NCBI GenBank assembly: GCA_024137785.1
Contig: JAHRHZ010000146.1
Coordinates: forward strand, 85,571-149,570
Source of the DNA: Ginglymostoma cirratum
Taxonomy: Eukaryota
DNA length: 64,000 bases
Direction of reading: 5' to 3'
Shown here: in pieces, positions 51,763-61,139 of the stretch
How the letters are laid out: every line of letters begins with the position of its first letter
How positions within the stretch are numbered: the stretch's first letter is position 1
Translations under genes and position numbers: made by a program
Notes under the pieces: model-generated
Databases searched by the model: none
What the model was told of the DNA's origin: nothing
What the model saw: only the letters and a program-made list of their open reading frames with translations

Positions 51763-52088
51763 CTGTAGAAAAAACAGACAGAGAGCCAATCAGGGGGAAA
51801 GGCACTAGAGATCACCCACTGGCACACACTCAATCAGACCCCTTCATTTACTGGGAGGACTGGATCACGGGGTCAAGGTTCAGTCCTGGATCTTTCGAAA
51901 CTCAGTGAAGAGATCACCCAGTAACTTTCTCCTGTTCACCCCAATTGAGGGGATGATTTTCTCCATGCATCAGTGTGGAGATTACTAGGAATCTGCTCCC
52001 ATTCACGAGTGTGATAGCTTCCCAATTCCAGGTGTCAACCGGGTTGATGGCAATGTTGATAGATCATGGCAATCACTAGCTCATTCAC

Positions 52089-52349
52089 CCCCGATCTGGT
52101 TGGTCCTCTGCATCAGGGTCTGGATATTGGCCTTTCCATGCTCCTCCCAGCGCTGTGCTGTTAGTGTCTCCTGCTCCCAATAATCTGGTTTCTCACTCTC
52201 CGCCATCCAGGGCTGCCGAGGGATCATCTCCTTCTGTTCACTGTCATAATATAAAATCACCATCTCATCCACACGACCAACAATCTGAAACTCTGGCAAT
52301 CCCGGAAATGGGCTCATTGCAGCGTAAAAATACCAGAGAGAGTGAGGAA
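52089..52349 (-). CDS. MHC class I exon 2 (alpha1 domain), open
   Basis: VPHSLWYFYAAMSPFPGLPEFQIVGRVD...DYWEQET...LMQRTNQIG; tttcag acceptor, gtgaat donor; 261 nt. Confidence 0.95.
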
Positions 52350-52849
52350 CTGAAACACAAAGAAAAAGAGATGTTAGAACATGAATCCAAATCCAACAAA
52401 ACCACCAAGTCTGGGGTACAGTCACAGCGAATTTAATAAATATCTGGAGCCAAGAATCTAATGATGACTGTGAATCCACTGTTGATTGTTGGGAAAAACC
52501 CATCTTGTTCACTAATATCCTTTAGGGAAGGAAACTGCTATCCTTTACCTGGTCTGGCCTACATGTGACTCCAGACCCACACCAATGTGGTTGACTGGTA
52601 ACCGCCCTCTGGGCAATTAGGGATGGACAATAAATGCTGCCTAGATGGCAACTCCCTCATCCCATGAATGAATGAACAAAGGAAAAAAAAGGCCTCTAGT
52701 CCGAAAAGCAACCTTCTGTCACCACACTGTCTCCTGCCATTGAGCTAATGATGTGTCCAATTTGGAAGCTCACCCTGAATCCTATGTGATCTAACTTTTC
52801 TAATTAGTCTACCATGCAAAACCCTGTTAAAGGCTTAAATAAAGTCCAA

Positions 52850-53410
52850 ACTGAGACTAGGAGCCACTCAAATCAATCACAGTCAGTAATATAGCGAGAA
52901 CGGACTCCATTCACATCAGGCACAGCAATAGTTTCCAAGACTGAGGTCCAGTCACGTCAAACACAGTCAGTAATAGACAGAGACATTGTTACAGTTTCAT
53001 TGAACATAGTAATACACTGAGACTGGGGACCAGTCACATTGGACACAGTAATAATCCGAGACCAGGGTCCAATCACATTGAACACAGTCAGTAACAGACC
53101 AAGACTGGGAACCAGTTACATTGAATATAGTCACTAATAGATCGAGAGCAGGGTCCAGTCGTATTGAACACAGGCAGTAATAGACTGAGAGATAGTAAGA
53201 ACTGCTGATGCTCGAGTCAGAGATAACACAGTGGGGAGTTGGAGGAACACAGCAGGCCAGGCAGCTTCAGGGGAGCAGGAAAGTTGACGGTTCGGGTCAG
53301 GACTCTTTTTCAGAAATGTGGTACAGTCACTGAAAACACACAATAATAGACCAAGACTGGGGTCCAGTCACATTGAACACAGTCAGTAGTGTATCTTGAC
53401 TGATGTCCAG
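52850..53410. repeat. Degenerate ~38-bp minisatellite in MHC intron 1, interrupted by a PLE tail (53194-53320)
   Basis: Unit gactggggtccagtcacattgaacacagtcagtaataga. Confidence 0.8.
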
Positions 53411-54272
53411 TTTCTTTAGGAACTAATAAAACCAACAAAACATGAAAAATTGCAAGAAAATATTTCACACTAGCATCATAAAATACAATGCGTCACTGAG
53501 CGATATCAGTAGTTATTTGGGGAGATTTGTGACAGAGTGGTCATAGAGTGTAATTTGTAGCAGCGTCTGAAAGAGGGTGTGTCATTTAGAAATGGGAAAA
53601 TACTGTGGCTTTTGGGAAATCCCAGCAGTTATATTTGTCTGTTTCTTTTCAGGACAATGATCAGTGATCAGTTTGTGACATCTGTTTCTCTACAGTCAGC
53701 TGTAGTCAGTGATTGGGTCACAGGAGATCGAGTAAAGCTGGGAAATGAGGAGCACATCAGCCATCATCTAATTGGTCATTGATGGAGTAGGTGGAGGAAA
53801 TGAAACTGTCTTTGTTCCCTCACTCCAGTGTCAACACCATGACTCTCTTTCACACAGAGGGCGGTGTGTGTGTGAAACAAGCTGCCAGAGGAAGTGGTAG
53901 AGGCGAGAACAATTACCAAATCTAAAAGACATTTGGATACGTACATGGATTGGAAAGTTTTAGAGGGATGAGAGCCAAAGTGGGAAAATGGGATTAGTTT
54001 AGTTCAGGAAAATGGCTGACCTGGATACGTTGGGCCAAAGGGCCTGTATCCGGACTGTGTGACTCCATGATTCCTTCCAACCTCACAACCTGACCATCAG
54101 ACTCTCACATCTCTCCCTCTGATATCTCCCCCCAGCCTCATCACTCTAATCCTCAGACGCCCACACCGTCTCCCAGTCTCTCTCACCAGCCCCTGACCCA
54201 GTGTCACCTTTCCCCTGGACCATTACTACTGTCTGTCTCCTTCCCCAGACTCTCTCTGACCCCAGGGCCCAC

Positions 54273-54321
54273 CTACAGATGCCCTTTCACACAGGAGGAT
54301 GAGCAGTATCAATCTCATCAT
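54273..54321 (-). CDS. MHC class I exon 1 (signal peptide)
   Basis: ATG at 54321, hydrophobic 16-codon leader, G|gtggg donor in phase 1. Confidence 0.88.
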
Positions 54322-54392
54322 TGTTGTTTAGCTTCTCAGTGTGACGACCATTTTGTACAATATCCTTTTGGAAAAGATAATCTTGTTGATGT

Positions 54393-54436
54393 TGAAATGA
54401 AATGAAAATCAGGGATCCCTCCTTACTGATTGGCTC
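54393..54436 (-). promoter_or_regulatory. IRF-element-like GAAA repeats and CCAAT box
   Basis: + strand GAAATGAAATGAAA at ~54394-54407; sense-strand GCCAATCAG at ~54426-54434. Confidence 0.5.
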
Positions 54437-54551
54437 AGTGGGTAAGCAGTGTCCAGTGCAAATGAGAACAGTTGAGAATCAGCAGTTTCTGGGGAGGACT
54501 GTCCTGGACAGGTTGAGTTTGTCTCAAAATAAACTTGAAAAACTGAACTAT

Positions 54552-54594
54552 CCAATCAGAGAAATATTGTAAACACACACCATCAGTTACCAAG
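54552..54594 (-). promoter_or_regulatory. MHC X-box/Y-box promoter module
   Basis: Sense strand CTTGGTAACTGATG-(21 nt)-CTGATTGG, about 230-270 bp upstream of the ATG; resembles an RFX X1 box plus NF-Y Y box. Confidence 0.7.
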
Positions 54595-54924
54595 CGGAAG
54601 AAGCTGTTGCCGGAAGTTTGAGAATTAGAGAAAGGTCACCCTGCTTTAGGAAGGATAATATTAAGCTGGAGAGGGGTCAGAAAAGAGACAAACAAAAGCT
54701 GCAGATGCTAGAATCCACGGTAGACAATCAGGAGGCTGGAAGAATACAGCAAGACAGGCAGCATCCGGGGGAAAGGAGCAGTCAATGTTTCTGGTATTAC
54801 CCTTCTTCAGGGCTGGATGTGGGTTCCACCCTCCTCCCCCTTTATCTGCAGCTCCTCCTACCCCCCACATTCAGTCCTGAAGAGGTAATACCCAAAACAT
54901 TGATGACTCCTTTCTTCCAGATGC

Positions 54925-56687
54925 CTAGGGTAAGAATAGGGCCAGTCAAAGACAGAAGTGGGAAGTTGTGTGTGGACCCTGTGGAGATCGGAGAGGTGCG
55001 AAACAAATATTTCTCATCTGTTTTCACTCGGGAAAAGGAGAATATTGTAGAGGAGAAGACTGAGATACGGGCTATTAGACTTGAAAGGATTGAGGTTCGT
55101 AAGGAGGATCCTAGAAGAGGTGAAGGTAGATAAATCCCCTGGGCCCGATGGGATTTTTCTGAGGATTCTCTGGGAAGCTAGGGAGGCGATGGCGGAGCCT
55201 TTGGCCTTGATCTTTGAGTCGTCATTGTCTACAGGTGTAGTACCAGAGGACTGGAGGATTGCAAATGTTGTGCCCTTGTTCAAGAAGGGCAGTCGAGATG
55301 ACCCAGGTAATTATAGACCAGTGAGCCTTACATCTGTTGTAGGAAAAGTTTTGGAAAGGATTATAAGAGATCGGATTTATAATCATCTAGCAAGCAACAA
55401 TTTGATTGGAGATAGTCAACATGGATTTGTCAAGGGCAGGTCGTGTCTCACAAACCTCATTGAGTTTTTTGAGAAGGTGACCAAGCATGTGGATGAGGGT
55501 AGGGCAGTTGATGTGGTGTACATGGACTTCAGTAAAACCTTTGATAAGGTTCCACATGGTAGGCTATTGGAGAAAATGCAGATGCATGGGATTGAGGGAG
55601 ATTTAGCAGTTTGGATTAGAAACTGGCTTTCTGAAAGAAGGCAACGAGTGGTGGTTGATGGAAAATATTCAGCCTGGAGTCCGGTTACTAGTGGTGTGCC
55701 ACAAGGATCTGTTTTGGGACCACTGCTGTTTGTCATTTTTATAAATGACTTGGACGCAGACATAGGTGGATGGGTTAGTAAGTTTGCAGATGACACTAAA
55801 GTCGGTGGAGTGGTGGGCAGTGTGGAAGAATGGTGCAGGTTGCAGGGAGACTTGGATAAACTGCAGAATTGGGCTGAAGGGTGGCAAATGGAGTTCAATG
55901 CAGATAAATGTGAGGTGATTCACTTTGGGAAGAATAATAAGAAGGCAGAATACTGGGTCAATGGAAAGATTCTTGGTAGTATGGATGTGCAGAGGGATCT
56001 TGGTGTCCAGGTACATAGATCCCTGAAAGTTGCCACCCAGGTTGATAGTGCTGTTAAGAAGGCATACGGTGTGTTAGGTTTCATTGGTAGAGGGATTGAG
56101 TTCCGGAGCCATGATGTCATGCTGCAACTGTACAAAACGCTAGTGCGGCCTCACTTGGAATATTGCATACAGTTCTGGTTGCCCCATTACAGGAAGGATG
56201 TGGAAGCATTGGAAAAGGTGCAGAGGAGATTTACCAGGATGTTGCCTGGTCTGGAGGGAAGGTCTTATGAGGAAAGGATGAGGGACTTGGGTCTGTTCTC
56301 ATTGGAGAGAAGAAGGCTAAGAGGGGATTTAATAGAGACGTACAAGATGATCAGAGGATTAGATTGGGTGGACAGTGAGAGTCTTTTTCCTAGGATGATG
56401 ACGTCGGCTTGTATGAGGGGTCATAGCTGCAAATTGAGGGGTGATAGATTTAAGACAGATGTCAGAGGCAGGTTCTTTACTCAGAGAGTGGTAAGGGCGT
56501 GGAATGCCCTGCCTGCCAATGTAGTTAACTCAGCCACATGAGGGGCATTTAAACAGTCCTTGGATAAGCATATGGATGATGATGGGATCGTGTAGGGGGA
56601 TGGGCTTAGATTAGTTCACAGGTCGGCGCAACATCGAGGGCCAAAGGGCCTGTTTTGCGCTGTATTGTTCTATGGTCTATGTTCTAT
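54925..56687 (+). mobile_element. Young 5'-truncated CR1 LINE with open RT reading frame
   Basis: ORF 55081-56541 (486 aa): KSPGPDG, NYRPVSLTS, QHGF, GVPQGSVLGP, FADD; 3' (t/g)tctatg tandem tail. Confidence 0.95.
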
Positions 56688-56849
56688 GCTGCTTGGCCTG
56701 CAGGGTTCAGAAAAGATTTGCCAGGATATTGCCAGGAATGGAGAGTTTGACTTATTTGGAGAAGCTGGATAGGCTGGGATATTATTCACGGGAGTGTAGG
56801 AAGTTGAGAGATGACCTTTTAGACACTTATGAAATCATGAGGGGTCATT

Positions 56850-57350
56850 ATCACTCTCAGTCCCATGCAGATGAGGATGACTTTCTTCCCCTCTCAGGGT
56901 GAGTCCATAAGTGGCTGTACAGGCCCATTCGGCTACCACAGGCTCTGTTACACTTGGGGCAGGTAGTGGTCATGGGGAAAGGTGGGTGGGGTATCAATGT
57001 GGTAGTGTGCTCCTTTTGATGTTTTCGCCTGGCTTCTGCTTTGTCCCAACAACAAGTCTCTAGGTGCTCAACGCCTTCCCACATGCTCCTCCTCCTCCTC
57101 CACTTTGGACGGTCTCTGGCCAGTGATTCCCAGGTGTCTGTGGGAATGCCACACTTTGCCAGTGAGGGCTTGAGTGATTACTCTGTCCCCCTGGGGTTCG
57201 CCTGCTGTTTCGAAGCTGGGAGTAGAGCACCAAGTTGGGGATTCCTGTGTCGGTCACGTAGACAACATCCCAACTCATTGTAGCCAATCAAGGGTGATGA
57301 CCGCCTCAATGCTGGGGATGTTGACCTGATCAAAGACTCTGCTGTTAGTG
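56850..57350 (-). mobile_element. RTE-clade LINE 3' fragment
   Basis: C-terminal CPKCNRACGSRMGLYSHLWTH zinc-finger-like motif. Confidence 0.75.
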
Positions 57351-58974
57351 CGTCATCAGTCGTGGGAAAAATGCTAGAGTCCGTTATAAAGGATTTAATA
57401 GACAGCACTTTGAAAAAGTGGGATGTGATTGGAAAGAGAATGGTTTTATGAAAGGGCAATAATGCTTGACAAATTGGCTGAAATTTTTGAGGATCTCACT
57501 AGTAGAATTGATAAGGTGGTATCAGCGTATATGCTTTATTTAACTTTTAGAAGGCTTTCGATAAGGTCCCACATAAAAGATTAGCATGTAAAATTAAAGG
57601 ATGTGAGATTGAAGATAGTTTATTGACATGGATAAAGAGCTGGTTGGCAAAAAGAAACCAAAGAGTAGGAATAAACTTCTTATTTACAAGTGGCAGGTAG
57701 TGACTAGTGGCATACCACAGCAATCGGAACCAGGACCCGAGCTATTCGCAAAATATACTAATGATGCAGATGAGAGAACCACATGTAATTCCTGCAGATG
57801 ATGCGAAGCTGGATGGAGAACGAACTATCAGGAGGGTGCAGAAATGTTTCAATGTGATGTTGACAATTTGAGTGAGTGGGCAAATGTATGGTTTCTTTTT
57901 ACTTGTTATCCATGCGCAGGAGACAGATATGTCAACAAAATGATGCATAGCTCAAATGTTCTTCACAGGAACAAAGGTATTATACTATTCTTACAGTGTG
58001 GAAGTATCTACACTGAATATTTCAACAAATAATGCATTCCAATTGAAACTTTACACTTGGTATCTGGACCCACCACAAGTAAACAGTTAACATTCCAAGT
58101 ATGTTCACATGACTCTTTTATCCGATCATAGTGTCATCGCAATTTACAGCATGGAATCAGGCCCTTCAGCCCAAACTGTCAATTCCACCCAGTTTTCATA
58201 ATTTGAACTAGTCCCAGTTGCCTATGTTTGGTCCATATCCCTCCATACCTCTCCCACCCATCTACCTTCCAAATGTTTCTTAGACAATGAAATTGTACCA
58301 GCCTCCGCCCCCACCTCTGGCAGCCTGTTCCAGACACTTAACACCCTCTGTGTAAAAACATTACCCTTCTGATCCCTTTTGTATCTCTCTGCCGTCACCT
58401 AAAACCAATGTCCTCTTGTTTTCAACTTCCCTACCATGTGGAAAAGCTGTTGCTGTCTATCTTATCTATGCTCCTCATTGTTTTATAAACCTCAAATAAG
58501 GTCATCCCTCAGCCTCCCACACTCCAGTGAGAAAAGTCCCAGCCTATCCAACTTCTTCTTAGAACTCAACTACTCTCCAGTCCAGGTAGTACCCGTGTAA
58601 ATATTTTCTGCACTCTGTCTGGTTTAATAATGTCATTTCTATAGTAGGGTGACCAGAACTGCACGCAGCACTCTGAATGTGGCCTGACCAACGCCTTGTG
58701 CAGCTGCAACAAGATGTCCCGACTCCTATACTCAATGCTCTGATGAATGAAAGCTAGCATGCTGAAAGGATCCTGAAGAAGGGTAATACCTCAAACGTTA
58801 TCTTCTCCTTTCCTCCAGATGCTGCCTGGCTTGCTGTGCTCTTTAGCTTTCTGTTTGTCTACCTTGGATTACAGCATCTGCTGGAATTTGTCACTAACAC
58901 TGAAAGTTTTCTTCACAGCACTGTCTACAAGTGACTCCACTTTCAAGCAGCTATGAACCTGTAACCTGAGATCT

Positions 58975-60130
58975 CAGATGTCCTCGTTCTTCGAGGACCG
59001 CAACTTCCGCCCTGCAGTGGTCGAGAACGCCCTCGACCGTGCCTCCCGCATTTCCCGCAACTCATCCATCACACTCCGTCCCTGCAATAACAACCAAAGA
59101 AGAATCCCCCTCGTCCTCACGTTCCACCCCACCAACCTCCGGATCCAACGCATCATCCTCCGACACTTCCGCCATCTGCAATCCAACTCACCACCAAAGA
59201 CATTTTTCCCTCCCCACCCTTGTCTGCTTTCCAGAGGGACCACTCTTTCCATGACTCCCTTGTCTGCTCCACACTCCCCTCCAGCCCCACCACACCCAGC
59301 ACTTTTCCCTGCAACCGCAGGAAGTGCTATACCTGCCCTCACACCTCCTCCCTCACCACCATCCCAGGCCCCAAGAAGACTTTCCACATTATGCAGATGT
59401 TCACCTGCGCATCTGCTAATGTGGTATACTGCATCCGCTGTACCCATTGTGGCCTCCTCTACATCGGGGAAACCAAGCGGAGGCTTGGGGACCGCTTTGC
59501 AGAACACCTGTTCTCGGTTCGCAATAAACAACTGCACCTCCCAGTCACGAACCATTTCAACTCCCCCCTCCCATTCCTCAGATGACATGTCCATCCTGGG
59601 CCTCCTGCAGTGCCACAACGATGCCACCCGAAGGCTGCAGGAACAGCAACTCATATTCAGCCTGGGAACCCTGCAGCCCAATGGTATCAATGTGGATTTC
59701 ACAAGCTTCAAAATCTCCCCTCCCCCGACCGCATCCCAAAACCAGCCCAGCTCATCCCCGCCTCCCTAACCTGTTCTTCCTCTCACCTATCCCCTCCTCC
59801 CACCTCAAGCTGCACCCCCATTTCCTACCTACTAACCTCATCCCGTCCCCTTGACCTGTCCGTCCTCTCTAGACTGACCTATCTCCTCCTTACCTCCCCA
59901 CCTACACTCACCTTTACTGGCTCCATCCCCGCCTCTTTGATTTGTCTGTCTCCTCTCCACCTATCCTCTCCTCTATCCATCTTCTATCCGGCTCCCCCTC
60001 TCTCCCTAATTATTTCAGAACATTCTTCCCCTCTGCCATTTCTGATGAAGGGTCTAGGCCCGAAATGTCAAGCTTTCCTGGTCCTATGATGCTGCTTGGC
60101 CTGCTGTGTTCGTCCAGCTCTATACCTCGT
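58975..60130 (+). mobile_element. Penelope-like element, 5'-truncated, 13-bp TSD, inserted in CR1
   Basis: GIY-YIG ORF 59220-59585, tail; TSD taacc(t/c)gagatct at 58962-58974 and 60131-60143. Confidence 0.92.
60042..60072 (+). ncRNA. Minimal hammerhead ribozyme-like motif (PLE)
   Basis: CTGATGA-A-GGGTCTAGGCCC-GAAA-TGTC. Confidence 0.62.
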
Positions 60131-61139
60131 TAACCCGAGATCTATTTGTTTCATAAGACTTTCCAGGGCCCTACCATTGACTGTGTAAGTCCTGTGCTGG
60201 GTTGACCTATTGAAATGCAACACCTTGCATTTGTTTAAATTGAACTCCATCTAATATTCCTCAGCCCACTGGCCCATTGATTAAGACCTTACTACATTCC
60301 CAGATAACCTCCTTCACTGTCCTCTCAGTGTCACCCGCAAACTTACTAACAATGTCTGCTAAATTCACATCCAAAACATTTATATAAATGAAAAATAATA
60401 GTGGACACAGCACAAATCCCTGTGGCACACCACACTCCAGATGAAATACGACCCTCTACCACCACTCTCTGTCTTCCACCTTCAAGCCAATTTTGTATCC
60501 AATTAGAGTCATAGTCATAGAGTGGGACAGCATGGAAACAGACTCTTCAGTCTAACTTTTCCATGCCGACTAGATATCCCAAATTAATCTAGTCCCAGCC
60601 CATCCAGATGCCTTTCAAATGTTGTTATTGTACCAGCCTCTGCCACTTCCTCTGGCAGTTCATTCCATACACGCACCAACTTCTGTGTGAAAAAGCTACC
60701 CCTTAGATGGCTTTTAAATCTTTCCCCTCACACATTAAACTTATGCCCTCTAGTTTTGGACACCCCTATCCAGGGAAAAAACTGCCTATTCATCCTATCC
60801 ATGCCCCTCATGATTATATAAACTTCTATAAGATCACCCCTCAGCATCTGACGCTCCAGGGAAAACAGCCCCAGTCCATTCAGCCTCTCCCCGTAGCTCA
60901 AACCCTGGTAACATCCTCGTAAATCTTTTCTGAACCCTTTCAAGTTTCACAACATTTTTCCTATAGCAGGCAGGCCAGAACTGAATGCACTATTCCAAAA
61001 GTGGCCTAACCAATGTCCTGTACAATAAAGGCAATGGTACCAAATGCCTTCTTCACTATCCTTTCTACCTGTGACTCCACTTTCAAGGAGCTATGAACCT
61101 GCACCCTAAGGTCTCTATTTGTTCAGCTAGCTCTCAAAG

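Larger units (their letters stand above)
49632..54321 (-). pseudogene. MHC class I heavy chain pseudogene, UAA (classical-like) lineage, 7 coding exons
   Basis: Exons 54321-54273 (leader MMRLILLILLCERASV), 52349-52089 (alpha1), 51762-51490 (alpha2), 51162-50899 (alpha3), 50689-50593 (TM), 49985-49953 and 49678-49632 (cytoplasmic). All introns are GT-AG and phase 1. Stops at 51620-22, 51533-35 and 51062-64; the 97-nt TM exon causes a frameshift. Confidence 0.95.
57355..61130. mobile_element. Cluster of CR1 fragments (both orientations) around the PLE insertion
   Basis: F*KAFDKVPH (+); LVRPHSECCVQFW, MEFNLNKCKVLHF (-). Confidence 0.7.

Noticed and set aside
52850-53410. Repeat array as CRISPR
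   Set aside because: Eukaryotic context, degenerate tandem units, no unique spacers
55081-56541. 486-aa ORF as a host gene or active LINE
   Set aside because: It is CR1 RT, 5'-truncated, lacking endonuclease and ORF1, and starts at a non-ATG codon after a deletion
57919-57977. Exon-like segment (gcgcag...gtatta)
   Set aside because: Isolated, with no recognisable product
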